Assembly (NCBI RefSeq): GCF_002105155.1
Contig: NW_019028997.1
Coordinates: forward strand, 682,001-740,700
Reading direction: 5' to 3'
Length of the DNA stretch: 58,700 nt
DNA from: Lobosporangium transversale
Lineage: Eukaryota
In this document: positions 25,773-39,250 of the stretch, piece by piece
Layout of the letters: every line of letters begins with the position of its first letter
Position numbering within the stretch: the stretch's first letter is position 1
Position numbers and translations under genes: made by a program
The notes under the pieces: generated by a model
The model's input: the letters and a program-made list of their open reading frames with translations, nothing else
The model's database searches: none
Told to the model about the DNA's origin: nothing

Positions 25773-26659
25773 GGCTGTGGGGAGAAAAGAGTATGGAATG
25801 AAAGATAATAATAACAACAATAACAAAAGAAATAAAGGACAAAAAAAAGGGGGGGAACAATGGGAGAAAGAGAAGGAGAATTGGCTTTGTAGTTATTTCT
25901 ATGTTCTCAAGTGGGATGGGTTGTGATGGTGTGAGGTTCCTGTCTGGTGCAGAACGAGAACTTGAGAGGAAATGAGTCAATGTGAAAGCGAAAGAGCGAA
26001 AGAAGAAACTCGAGTGAATTAAGAAAGGAAGGAAAAAAAAAAAAGACAACAATTATTCAGTGAAATAGTTTTGAATGAGAGTGAAAAGAAATGGATGAGA
26101 AGGGCATAAAAAAAGCAATGAAGCAATGCCATGCTTTGCAATGGACAAGTTGACAAGGGTTCGTTTTAAGGACTTCTACTTTTGGAAGCTGCAATCAATC
26201 CATTGGCTCCAAAATGGCACACACCACACCACACCACACCACACATGTAGTCTTTTGTCTACATGCTGTCATCGTTACCCGTCCTCTGTAACCGTTCGCC
26301 TCCATGTACTCACCCCTTTTTATTCTTTCTTTTTTTTACCCCTATGCCATTTTTTTACTTTCCTTCAACCCCTCTTCTTCATGTCATATGGTACATACTT
26401 CTTTCTGTCTCTCCTTGTTCAGTAACAATATTCCATGAGAGTAGATGCATATTTGGGAATCTGGCCGATTCATAAGATTGTCTGGACTGTGTTTAGTTTA
26501 GTTTAGTTTAGTTTCCAAACTTTTTTCTTTATTCAATAAAATATAATACAAAACAAAAAATAAAATAAAATAAAATAAAAAAGAGAGGGGCAAAGTTTGC
26601 AGAAAAGCATGGACAATCCCAACCCATTGAAGGGTATTCTATTACAACAATAAATCCTT

Positions 26660-27360
26660 TTAAAGCTTGGCAGCAGGAGGAGCACCAGGTTGTGGCTCAG
26701 TGATGAATTTAACACCCTTGGTAACATTGCCCTTCAACTCATTAATCGCAATCTTCACCAACGCCTGTTCCTCAGTTGAGAGCTCTGGGAGGGCCAAGAC
26801 TTTGGCCACACCATCAGGACCCAACTCCACATCCTGTGCAAAGTAATCCAGTCCGGTGAATCGCTGGTTCCACTCTGATCCAGGATTACCGGGCAGATGC
26901 ACAAAGGTTGACTCGACCACTCCTCGTTTTCCTCGGACAGAGGCCTCCAACAACGACAATGTGAAACGAGCTCCTGCATAGGCCATAGAAAGTGTAGCAG
27001 ATCCAGCCCCGTCCTTTGCCTTCACGACCTCATCCCCTCCAAACTGGATACGGTGTGTCAACGTCTTGATTTCCTCTGGTGTGAATGAGATGGATTGGTT
27101 ATGAGGCTGTTGATTGATCTTTGATAGGATAGGGACGATCGTTGCACCACTGTGTCCGCCCACGACCGTGATCCGGTTGGCAATCTCATGAGGCTCAAAC
27201 TGAGGTTTCACCTCGTGCACGAACCGTGAAGAACGCACCACGTCCAATGTGGTCACTCCAAAGACTCTATAAAAAAAAATTTTTATAACATATTTTAATC
27301 ATCACATGAAGAAAAAAAAAAAAAAAGAAAGAAAGAAACATGACGCGCAGTGTTTGAAGG

Positions 27361-27392
<32 letters not shown>

Positions 27393-27630
27393 TTTTCTTT
27401 ATGAGTCTCCTTTACCTTCGAGGATCAAATACGTTAGCCTTCTTGAGAACTTCGCAGACAATAGGGACTGTTGAGTTAACGGGATTCGAAATCACGAGAA
27501 TAAAGGCCTTGGGGCAATGCTCTGCGCATGCTTGTGCAAGATCTCGTACAATACTGGCATTCACCTGATATTATATAAAATAAAAAAACAAAGAAAGTAA
27601 ATTTTCTCATCACATAAAGATTCAGCGATC

Positions 27631-27667
<37 letters not shown>

Positions 27668-28078
27668 TTTATTACCTTGAACAGATCATCGCGGGTCATG
27701 CCTGGTCGACGAGGCACACCTGCAGGAATAACAACGGTATGAGCGCCTTGAAGAGCCTCTGCCAATGCTCCTGCACCCACGTGTCCAGTCACTTTAGAGG
27801 CAGTGTTGATATGTGAGAGATCCGCTGCAACACCGATAGCATTCACAATATCGTACAATGCCAGGTGTGAAATAAGATCCGATTGCTTCAACAACAATGA
27901 CAAAGGCTGACCAATACCTCCAGCAGCACCACAAACCACGACTATAGATAGATAGACATTAAAAGGGAAAAAAGAATACATTTTTTTTATTTCATGTTGT
28001 TAGATCTAGTGTTTATAGTGACAATTTTGTATTGTAGCATGAGTACTTGCTGCTACTGTTGTTGTTACCTTTGACCAT
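26660..28078 (-). CDS. MDH: NAD-dependent malate dehydrogenase, likely peroxisomal/cytosolic (C-terminal AKL), 4 exons
   Basis: Exons 28078-28069, 27941-27676, 27564-27416 and 27266-26660. Motifs [47 protein letters not shown] and [10 protein letters not shown]. Starts MVKV with no mitochondrial presequence and ends AKL*. Confidence 0.96.
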
Positions 28079-28942
28079 GTTGTTTATATCTTTAAGCCGA
28101 TGTGAAGGATAAAAAAGATTGAGTGGGATTAGAATGGGAGTTGAAAGTGAAAGATGAAAGAGAAGAGAAGAGAAGAGAAGAGAAGGAGGAAAAAAAAAAA
28201 AAGACGGAACGCAATTTATTTCACCGAATGTTTTGATGTAATCTGTCCCCCAATCAAGTTGTTCGTGTACAGTTCATGTTACTTGACACGAAGAAATAAG
28301 AGCATTGCAAACATTCACGGAAAGAAAACAGAGTGAAAAGAGGGGAAATATGATGATGTGCATGTATACCCACGTTGCAGTACATGCATCGACATCTTCA
28401 TCTCCATCTAACATCTTCGGCTGCCAAGGGAACCCGTTTAATTTTCTTCTATTTTATGTTGACAAAACATGGTCCCCATGGCATTTTACTTCTTTACATG
28501 TACATTTTATTTGTTTTGTTTTGTTTGTAATGTTCATTTTGACGCGTTTGCTTTCGTTCCTCTCTTCACATGAAACTCAAACAAATAAAAAAAAGGACAT
28601 TCTTCTTGGGGAAGAAAGAAGGATGGATTCGAACCACTTTGTACATGTACTTTGTATAGTATAATACATACATATTTATATACATTTGCTTCATCTGAGC
28701 CGGACCCTTCTTCCTTTCCTCCGGATTATTTTTATTTGAGTTCTTCCCTTCACCTTCGCGGGTTCTCCACATCGCTCGGGTATATTGTATACCACTGATA
28801 AACCTTAGTTTTCTCTCTCATGGCAAAATATTTATTCGTTTAAGCACATGTATAAATGTATTTTATACTTTGTCTACTACATTTGTACAAATGCATAACA
28901 TTATATACCCATCATTCCCCGACTATCCACTGCGTTCAACTG

Positions 28943-28973
<31 letters not shown>

Positions 28974-29942
28974 CAGACACACACAGGTTCATTGGCAAGT
29001 TAATATTATGAGACAAACATGTACCGCACATATTAGATGATCGTATTGGTTTTAGTATACAGTGTCCAGTGTAGCAAGCCTTCCCAATATTTTGAGCCAT
29101 ACAGATGCCATGTAAAATCAAGTTGAATATTCTATTATCCTGTTTGCAATGCTGGCATGAGCGCACCATCATGGTATTATTGACTTTATTCATTATACAC
29201 GTTTCCCTAATCCTAGCTTGAAGTCCTTGAAAAGAACAATGAATTGTGGTAATCCAAAGAATATGTTCCCATTTTCGATATTTGAAATAGATCTTGAATA
29301 AGTATGATGCCCTTCATACTGCATTCAACTATCCGTTCTAGCCGCTTGCCGTATATTTTCTCGCTTCATTAGATCGGTGGTGCATGGTTCAAAATAGGAT
29401 GAGAAAAAAATTAGTACATGTATGTACATGTGTATGCTCCCTAAGATAACCTGCAAATATTCGCTCTTTTCGAAGACCAAGAGAAAGGCCAGCTGAATTT
29501 AACCCAAAATCACGCGACAACAAAGTACGCGCCGATCAGGCACCACGGTCCATCACCAAGGCTCTCCCTTGCCATTAACAGGAGATCCTTGGCTATGAGA
29601 AAAGAGCAAGAGTGCTCGCTTTCTTTGCTGAGCTAGGGCATCAAGCGAAGACTCCTATGAGCTCCCCCAAAGCTAGTAGCTTCACCTCAGTCTCTCCTTA
29701 GAAAGACTGAGTTACCTTTCACGAAACTGATCCCCCATGGACTGACCAAGGGAGTGCGGGAGCCCCGTCATTCCTATAACGCGCATTACTACGTTGGGCA
29801 ATTAAGCAGAACAACATAGATCGATCGTGAAACATACCTTTGAGAGAGGCTGATGATGACATAAGACAATGACGCGTTTTGAAAGAACGCCTCTTCTATT
29901 TGAAATTCTAATGTTATACAACACCACGACACGACAAATGCA

Positions 29943-30470
29943 ATTGCAAGTATAGAGTGATAAGAAAAAGGATGCCCAGCGTCACCAACCATGGGTTCCA
30001 TCTGGGGTACTTACCTTGAGCCCAAAGCGCTCCATAGCTCAGAGGACTCTACGATGAGACATTGCCATCTAGACATGTAGAACAGTGCTCATCACAGAAT
30101 TTAAAAAAAAGAAATAAACGGTAGATGGTGGAACGTGATTGCAAGTAGAGGGTGATAAGAAAAAGGATACCCATCGTCACCAATCATGGGTGCCGTCTGG
30201 GGTACTTACCTTGAGCCCAAAGCGCACCATAGCTCAGAGGACTCTACGATGAGACATTGCCATCTAGACATGTAGAACAGCGCTCATCACAGAATTTAAA
30301 AAAAAGAAATAAACGGTAGATGGTGGAACGCGATTGCAAGTAGAGGGTGATAAGAAAAAGGATACCCATCGTCACCAATCATGGGTGCCGTCTGGGGTAC
30401 TTACCTTGAGCCCAAAGCGCACCATAGCTCAGAGGACTCTACATGTAGAGCAGCGCTCATCACAGAATTT
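29943..30470. repeat. 195-bp tandem repeat, about 2.7 copies
   Basis: TGGGGTACTTACC occurs at 30003, 30198 and 30393. The third copy has an internal deletion of about 22 nt. Confidence 0.9.
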
Positions 30471-30936
30471 AGAAAACAGATGTTGTTGTAATATTCACAA
30501 GTTACAAGAGGACATTATCATAGGGCAGTAGTCACACTAGGATTTTTGACACTTTTTGGCTCGTGACCTAAATTTCTTCCATATTTGCATGTTCTTCCTC
30601 TAGAAGTACGGTCGTATAAAGTGATGCAACCAGATTGATAAGAAATAAGCATCGTCTGTATATGAATAGCATAATAGAGCATATCCATGTTGGATGCTTG
30701 TTTATAAATATAGAGTGAATAAACTTCTTCGAACTATGTGTCGCAACTCTTTTTGGATTTTTTTGATTTGAGTGTCGAAAAGATCGAAATCTGCTGGAGT
30801 CTTTAACTGTAGCAGGCTTGCTATACCGTTACAAACACGAAGGCATTCACCAATACAAGGTGAGGTTGGAGCAATGGTAAAAACTGTGGTTTCCTCAAGT
30901 GAAAGTGAGTGAATGGTGTAGATGAATGTGCACATG

Positions 30937-30968
<32 letters not shown>

Positions 30969-31148
30969 TCATTCTGTATGCCGTGCTTTTGAAAGAAGGG
31001 GCATGCAAATGTAGAATTAATCAAAAGCATGGCTTTGGATGACCCCGTCTCTTTCAAGCATTCACACATTTTTAATATATTCTTTCAGTGCAATACAGCA
31101 ATTACAACTATTTCTTTTTTTTTACACTACGAGAGGAACTCCTTCAAA

Positions 31149-33276
31149 ATGACAACAGAACTTCCAATCTTTTCCGGCGATTACGACGTCAATATGCTTT
31201 CCAACCTTCCCATCAATGATTACTTTAAAAACAACCACCCTAGTGCCTGGCATCCTATCCATTATGCCAATAATTCCGATGTATATGAATATGTAGGGTT
31301 TGAACATGGACTCATCACAATTGGGAAACAACTTTCCTCCCCCTGCGTGTTTGCTCGAAGGTGGCTAAAGTATCTGTCCACAAAAAGCGGAAAAATTCTC
31401 AAAGAGCAAGCGGAGGGTCTCTTCGAACTAAAATTGGCAGCTATAAAGAATCAAATCACATTCTCAAACGTTCAGGCAAAATTTTCAACCAAAACGTTTG
31501 CTTCACCATCTGCTGAACAGGTACGATAACATCAATAATAAGTGCTACTCTATTCTACGTTGGTGGCACTCGACGTATTATTATTATTATTTTTGGAGAT
31601 TTTGTGGAAGCTGAAATTTGTATCAATTTTGAACGTGAGTCGTAGTTTGACGATGCTTAATATGTTCCTGAACCCATCTCTTACGCATAGAATGATCCTG
31701 TACAACCTAAGACATTAGCATTATCAAGCTCTTCCTCTCAGGTAAGAATTACATTTGGTATAATATTCTGGTTATCAGATGTGTACGCTATCGATGATTT
31801 GAGTTAACATATCGACCTCGATTATTTTAACCTAACCAAGCCAAAAACAGAAACATCTGGTATGCTACCACAGTTCTATTTGTCTTGTATATTTGCTATC
31901 GTTATTATTATTATTAATCGAAGAAATTACAAATATTTCACACACATCAATGTCTAAAGTTACCATTACTGGAAAGCGAAAGTGGCAAGGAGACATTGAG
32001 GATCCGCAGCCCCGATCAATGACATCAACTACTATGCCAAATCCATTTTTGTCCGAAGACGATGCTTGGCAGGATTTCGCGTACTTTACATCGTTCGGCC
32101 AGGCGTCAACCTGGACACATGTTGCTGACGGTCCTGATGCCATAGACTATCTGTCCTTGTTTAAGGAATACCGAACAGCTCAGAAAACATCACTGGCGCT
32201 TGATATGGTCGCAGACGTTTCCACTAGTGGCTCGGAGTCCGGAACGTTTACGGAGTGGATCAGAAAGAAATATGGGTATGCAGGCTTGAGGAATGTACGA
32301 TATAGAGCCCCTACCTCGACGGCCATCAAGGACATATGGCCTACGTTCGAAACGGTGATGGAGCGCATCTTTGCCCCTGACGTCGTATCGTATGATGATG
32401 TTTGTCGTTCTGTTGCCAAAGAGCCTGATCAGCTCGATCCACTCGTGACATACTGCAGTGCTGTACTGAGGTCATAGTAAGTCCTATCCTCGCATTTATA
32501 GCGTGCTAGGATCAGTGTTATTCTGAGCCTTATTGATCTAGGTGCCTACCAGTCTATCAGACTAATCATCTATCCTTATATTCAATAGTATGCATCATTT
32601 TACCTTCAGCAGCACTGTAAGGAAAGACATCAATGAGCGGGAGGCGTTCGTGGATTTCACTTGGTGCTTCATTCGTTCAGCTCTGACCATCGCGAAGATA
32701 CCATCACGGATGTTGGAGGTGCAGATGGATGGTAGCAAGGATCGAAAGGTGGAGACCAAGCATAAGGGGACACGGCAGAATACTCCAAGGAGGGCGGATG
32801 GGGTAGGATTGTATAATGACAATCAGATCTACGTAGCGGAAGCTGGGCAGGTCTATGGTGCCACCTTGGAGAAGAAGGAGGAAGATGCTTGGAAGGTCAA
32901 GCGTGCCATGCGGGATTCATGGGTGTCCCAGTTGCGTCGCATCTGTGAAACGCACAGGCCAACGTCACCATTGGTGGTGTTTGGGTCAACATCACATTTG
33001 CATACGACCAAATTTTACGCCATGGATTTCGTCGGATGCTTCCGCGTCTCCGTTCTGTCATCAATGGTGGTCCCACTGAGCAGCGATGATTTCGCAGACA
33101 AGATGAAGGCATGTATGTTGACGTGCCTCAACTTCGTCCGTATACTCTTGGCCGAAATCGAGAGCCGCAAGAAGGCCACTTTTATGTTCGATCAGGAGGA
33201 GAAAGAGGAGCTTCTTGAGCTTGTTGCCAGCATTCCTGCAACCAGCACGACGCCCATCAAGAAGGATGAGAAGTAA
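31149..33276 (+). CDS. Apparently intact multi-exon protein with a C-terminal PD-(D/E)XK-like nuclease domain
   Basis: Phase-compatible GT-AG exons 31149-31520, 31691-31741, 31841-31859, 31924-32476 and 32589-33276. The C-terminus has NEREAF...E...RRADG...YVAEAG...D..K..R.MRD, as in REase-fold families of early-diverging fungi. Confidence 0.7.
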
Positions 33277-33759
33277 TTCTTTACTAGATTCTGCGATTTC
33301 CTTTCCTTGTATTAAAAAATCACTTTGTACAGTAGTTGTCATCAAACAACAAATGGCGAATGACGTCCCTTGGTTGCAGCAGTGCATGAGCAAGTTCAAG
33401 CTAAGCTAAAGCTAAGCACACGACCTTTATCACAACCCAGCCATGAGCCTAATGTCCAACTCTCTCCCGCCTCTCTTTAAGGTCCATGAACGCTGACTCT
33501 GACTCTTGATTCGTTGACTGGAATGTCTCCGGCCTGTAATAGTGTTCGATGCATGTCCTGAGTATCGACCAGAGGTCTAGTCTTCAAAGCGGATAGAAAT
33601 CTTTTCTTTTTCATTTCTTTTTTTTTTTTTTTTTTTTTTTTTTTTCTTACACATTTCGCTTGATAAGGGCCAGCAAAGGATAAGGTATTACATAAGGCCA
33701 CCAAATGGGATCCATTACACCATATTCTGTATATTGTATACCATACATATACCATATAT

Positions 33760-34360
33760 ATGGTGGAAGTGGTATGGCCAGGACCCTGAAAAGTTAATTT
33801 TTCAGCAGGACAATGCAAGTGTTCATACGAGTAGGATGGTTAAAGAGTTCTTTATTAAGTCACACATTACCACTTTGGAGTGGCCTCCAAATTCTCCTGA
33901 CCTCAACCCTATCGAGAATGTATGGGCCTACATGGATCATCGGCTCAAGGGATATGAGAAGGTACCAAAGGATCTGGATGAACTATGGGAAAGACTACAG
34001 GATATCTGGACATCTGTTCCACCTGACTTCCTTGATGAGCTATATGAAAGTATGCCACGAAGGGTAGAGGAGCTACATCGCAAGAAAGGAGGTCGTACAC
34101 ATTACTGAAGAACAGAAAAAAAAAACAAATAAAGCAAAGCTGCTGTTTTTCTTCAAATGTCATTCAATGAGATGCCAATAATTGGCATTCATCTAAATTT
34201 TCAATTAGCAACAGGAGCTCATTGACATTGTAGTAGGAGTGACATTGTCGATGGTCGAACTCGCTACGTAAGTTTCATTAGCGACAAGCAAGATCAAATT
34301 GGAGAAAGGAATGAGAATGTCGAAATTCCTAATTCATTGAATGACTTTTGATGACCACTG
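33760..34360 (+). mobile_element. 5'-truncated Tc1/mariner element (C-terminal transposase fragment plus right end)
   Basis: FQQDNASVH...WPPNSPDLNPIENVW with D-34-E spacing; stop at 34108; the terminus ...ATGACCACTG (34360) is followed by TA. No matching left end was found. Confidence 0.85.
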
Positions 34361-34939
34361 TATATATCATCATGTCAATATAATTCTGTGCAAAATAATA
34401 ATACACATATTAACACATCTCGCCTCGCTTTTTTTTTTTTTTTTTTTTTTTGGAGTAAGTAATAACCAGCCGCTGTAGTGCATGTAACATGTACAAAAGT
34501 CCATATCTGTTTGAATATTCATCCTATAACTGCCTAGTCATATTTTTAAAATAGTAACAGTAATAATAACAACATTAATAACAACAATAAAAACAATAAC
34601 AATAATAATTATACCCAAGTTCAAGGATAAGAAAAGAAAGAGTGAAAGCAATTCATGGTCAAATGATTTTCATGGTCGAAAGCAAAAGCCGAAACCCGAG
34701 ATTGCTTGACATCTTATAGCACAGGTATCATCTGGGCCTTTCCAGTAAACCAATATCACTCCAGACATCCAGGTTGAAGTCCGAGGCTAGCATCCAGCGC
34801 GATATGGATGGGCAACACGGTCCTCCAATGGAGTTAAGGAGCTCAAACATAAGCTCCTGTATTCTGTAAGATATCGAGAGATGCACAAGCAGGGCTCAGG
34901 AATACAGAAATGGGCACAGCACCAATTATATACTCTTAC

Positions 34940-35280
34940 CAAGCTTTTCCAATATGACTTTTGCCGATTGAGGATGAACGCGCTCCATGGCAATCATAAC
35001 TGAAGCTGGCTGAAAGTCATGGGCTGGGACGTGAAATGTTATTCCAAAGAACTTCCTTTGATTACCGCTTGTCCAACTATCCACTGTGATTGCGCCTTGA
35101 ACTTTATGTTAAGTAAAGTAGCTCTTGGTCTGCACCCACAAATTTGTTATATTCAAATCCATCATTGATTGGATAGCGTCTGTGCTTGAAACTGCATATA
35201 ATGACTCAAGTTGCAAACATATTGCCTTGAAAGGATCCCAGTCAATTAAATTGAAAGAAGTTCAAGCAATTCATAGAGCG
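34940..35280 (-). pseudogene. hAT transposase relic
   Basis: The minus strand reads SFNLIDWDPFKAI...AITVDSWTSGNQRKFFGITFH...IAMERVHPQSAKVILEKL, the hAT D.WTS catalytic motif region. It has several in-frame stops and is absent from the ORF track. Confidence 0.7.
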
Positions 35281-35771
35281 TGTACCATGTCTCCGATGCT
35301 CCATGACTGGTGCGTAGGTTATGTCGGCGCTACTCCAAAGCTTTAGCTTCAGCCCCAAGCAGGGTTGAGCATGGGTTGTCAAAAGGCAAGGACAGGCTAA
35401 ATCTTGTGACGAGACCTTCAATTCCTCTTACACCTGGGTCGAAGAGCCACTAAGAACGAAGCTCGGAGAAGAACAAGTGATTAATAGAGTTTTATAATAT
35501 GGCGAAGCTGACACTGTCAAACAACCCTTATCACACTCGCCAAAAAAAAAAAAAAAAAAAAAAAAGATAGAGATTGAAGATTTTATTTCGCTCAAAGATT
35601 CGGACGACTGACATGAACAGCATTCACCCACTCACTGGTCCAAAACGCAAAATTTCCCATACAGCAGTATAAAAAGTACAATAGTAATAACAACAAACCT
35701 CTCCAACAGTGGGCTTCCGTCGCTGAATCTACTCATGGTGGCCACATGAAACCTGGAAATATAAATGAAAT

Positions 35772-36491
35772 TCATTTAGGAACCATTTTCAAAGCATAAG
35801 ACTGAGAATTATCAAGCTCATCTAGAGCAAAAGGCGCGCTGAGCGTGCACCAGAAGAAAAAAAGAAATAAGGCGATGTTGAATATGTTACCTGAGTTATT
35901 TCCTACAAAAATGTATGTGGTTTCGTCAAGATGCAGTGTGGAAAGCCTTCTTTTCGAATGGAGGGGGATTCTGTTGTAAATATATCGGGCCTTCCCTTCA
36001 CCTCTGGAGAAGGATGCTTTATAGAGCGTGGCTTTATCGATATCAATTTGCTTAAAATTCATTTCCTTGATTTTAGCCTTGAGGTCAGACACAGTAGCAT
36101 TCCACTCAATCTCGACTTGACACTCGCAGAAAAACGCGAATCCCGGTCTAATGCAGGTAAACTTCAAGTTGCTGCCGGCATTGAGAGTACTGCCTAATGG
36201 ACGCTGTACAACTATATATATAGTATTGTCGAAATACAATGTAGAAAGTCTTGTTCTTGGATGGAGGGGCATACTGTCCTTAATATCATCCGGTCTGATG
36301 AACGAATATCCATCATCATTGAGGAGCAATACTCTCCAGAGCATGAGTTTAATAGCAGGAATGTCATCGAACTCGGGAGCATTACTTTTTTCGATTTTAT
36401 TCTTGAGGTTAAACACATTAGCAGTCGGCTCAATTACGACTTCGAAGGCATCAAAAGTGGGGTTCCCGTCTACAAGGCAGAAAATTTTCAT
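35772..36491 (-). CDS. Crinkler-type protein with two tandem ubiquitin-like CRN header domains
   Basis: MKIFCLVDG...FEV.I.....V..LK.KI....PEFDDIPA.KL.LWRV...TIYIVVQRP, then a second, more divergent header (..VSDLKAKIK...LYKAS...TYIFV). A probable splice donor lies near 35890, so the true 3' end is uncertain. Confidence 0.7.
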   Translation of the reverse strand: MKIFCLVDGNPTFDAFEVVIEPTANVFNLKNKIEKSNAPEFDDIPAIKLMLWRVLLLNDDGYSFIRPDDIKDSMPLHPRTRLSTLYFDNTIYIVVQRPLGSTLNAGSNLKFTCIRPGFAFFCECQVEIEWNATVSDLKAKIKEMNFKQIDIDKATLYKASFSRGEGKARYIYNRIPLHSKRRLSTLHLDETTYIFVGNNSGNIFNIALFLFFFWCTLSAPFALDELDNSQSYALKMVPK

Positions 36492-39066
36492 TATGTTTTG
36501 TCGGTTGGATGGGTGAATGTGTCAGAAGATAAAGAAAGGGCGTGGGAGTGGTTGGCGATTATGTGATTTACGAACAGGAGGCAACAAATATCACCTGTGC
36601 ATTTTTTGGGATCAAACTTACAAAGCGTTGCCGTACTTTGCAAGCAGGGGAACATGCCAATAACAGAAGGCTTTTATTCTATACACTTGCTTTTTTTTTT
36701 TTTTTCTTGTTTGACGAGAGAGGAGGTCTAAAAAACACGCCTGGTTTGAGCGCAAAATAAGCTCTATCAGAACAAGATATCGATGATACACGCATAAAGT
36801 ATTTACATATTGTCAGGTTAGCTGACTTCTCTTTTACAACGAAGCTCGGATCTAGTTTAATTCAAGGCTAAAAGAATACCTGCTTACGCATTTTAGGTAT
36901 TTATCTCACTTCAACCGCCATTCTTTGGTCATGGTCCTCTTCCTCTTTTGTTGCCTTTGAGGTTGCTCAGGAACAAATTATATTCCTGAAGTAGTCAGGA
37001 CGCTGCCGCAATCGTCTTCTTGAGGTTGGTGGCATGCATGGTATGATACTGTCACTAAGTTGAACAATATTCCTATCTTTGGTAATATAGTGGAGACCCA
37101 ATCTAGGAGGCACAGCCATATACTGTGTAGCGTTCCATTTTACCCCTCAAGATCTTTGATGGTTAAAACAAAACAAAACATAAAAAAAAAAAGTACATGT
37201 ACAATTGAAGAGATTGTGATGGATGGCAAACATTATCGGGGGTTCGTTTGAAAACTGTTTAGAATGGATGTTTACAGTTATGCATGTACTTTGAAACGCA
37301 TACGTGAGATCGGCAATCGGCAACCACAGCTGTAACAACAGTGGCTAGTTTTGCAACCCTGAAGATGGGATGTGTGTGTGCTGCACAGTTACGAATTCCT
37401 GCATTTTCATGTGCAATTGTCCTTTTTTCTCTGATATACAGGACATGTGTTCCAGAACCAGGCATTGTGTTTATATAAATATATATATATATATATATTT
37501 CTTGTAATATATACAATATACTTATTATATAAGTAACCATACATATTTGATTCCTTTTTGCATTGAAGGTTAAGGTTATTCTTTCATGCTCAAAGTGAGA
37601 TGGGTTATACATGCCTATGTATGGCAATCATTCTTTCTTTTGTTTCGGCCAAGTGGAGATCTGGCCGAAGTGAACAATGCAATAAAGCTGATCAGGGCAG
37701 AAAACACCGATACACTTTGGCTGTTCTGCCTCTTTTTTTTTTTTTTTTTTTTTTTTCTTCATTCTTCTTGTGGGATGTTAAACAAAAAGAAAAGAAAAAA
37801 AAAACTAACCAGCCACAAGCCCCCCTTTTTTCCTTTATAAACTTTGTACATCATGCGCCCAACTGTTTTTAGTTTAGCCAATCCTGGTTGTACACCAGTC
37901 GAGCAAGAGACTAAAACACAAATTGGTTTTTTGTTTGCTTGATCAGGAAAGCAATTAGAGTTCTTGGATTGATAATGATCATGTCTCTTTCCCTTTTCAA
38001 CAAAAGAGGAACAATAGAAGGAAAAAATAAGGGCGGATAGAATTCCTCTTTTCCTCTTCCTTTCTTCCTTTCTTGTTCCTGTGTAAGGACCAAGTGGAGA
38101 CAGACAAGCGAGATTGGAGAAGCTAGAACAAAAAAAAAAAGGCCTGTAGCAATGGACATGTGCTCGTCGGTTATTGTTTTTGTTTTTGTTGTTTTCTCCC
38201 TATTGCCACGTTATTGATTCATAAACAATGATGCTTTTGTATTTGGCATGGTGTACATTTACACTTTTTTTTTTTTTTTTTTGTTTTTGGCATGTGCAGT
38301 CTGCCGGAGAATATTTTAAATCAAAACGAGTTGTTTGTTGTTGTTTTGTCTTCTTAGTCCCCATCAAACACCATCATCGCAAAAAAAAAAAAAAAAAAAA
38401 GTGAGCCAACAGACACGAACACATGGCTGGTGATTATTAAGAGCATTTTTGATATAAATGTAGATTTTGCCTAATGAAGTCTTTCTAATGACCTTGGCCA
38501 AGACAGAGAGACCAGCTTACAACAGTCTGGGGAAGAGGGGTAATGGGCTATGGTTCGACGGCAGTGTCATTATAAACTGTTGTCTTAGTATGAAAATAGA
38601 CGATGTAAACGACGAGTAATAAGGCTGAACATGGGCGGCGACCTGAACCAAAAGAAAAGAGAAAAAAAAACTTTGCAGCTCTTGAAGGTTTATTTCCGCT
38701 CCAATCCAATCTCAAGATGTTGTGATGGCGATATTTGACGCGAACCAATAGGACCACCAAGATTCTTTTTCATTATTAAAATAACATACTCAATCACCTC
38801 TATTCAATTCCTCCATCCCTCTTTCACGTTCCTCCTCCATCTCTTCCACATATAAATAGGTTTACTTTCTTTATCTTTTCTTCCGCTCTCTTTTCTCCTC
38901 ACTTTTCGCCTTTCAATCCGTTCTTTCTCTCGTTCGTGTTCTACGCATTTCTCAACTTTTGCTTTTTTTCTTCTTCATAGTTTTTTTTTTTTTCTTCTTT
39001 TTAAATATCTTTTATATTCTTATTTTTCATATTCATTTCTACTTTTCTTTTATACGTGTCGTCAAA

Positions 39067-39087
39067 ATGTCATCCATTATTGCTTAA
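39067..39087 (+). promoter_or_regulatory. uORF1 of the GCN4/CPC-1-like gene (MSSIIA*)
   Basis: AAAATGTCATCCATTATTGCTTAA, with a strong A-rich start context, upstream of the bZIP CDS. Confidence 0.7.
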
Positions 39088-39250
39088 ACGCTATACCTCC
39101 TGCGCGCGAAATTAACTCTCAACATCAGTCAAATAATCATAACAACAACTAACAAGTGCTTTTTGGTATCGAATCGAATCAAAAATAACGAAAACATCAC
39201 TCAACTTTATCTCATCAATAACAACCAACCTCCAATCTCAACCAACAAAA

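Noticed and set aside
30036..30095. C/D-box-like motifs (TGATGA...CTGA) on the minus strand of the 195-bp repeat
   Set aside because: Only about 56 nt long, with no terminal stem and no rRNA guide that I could recognise.
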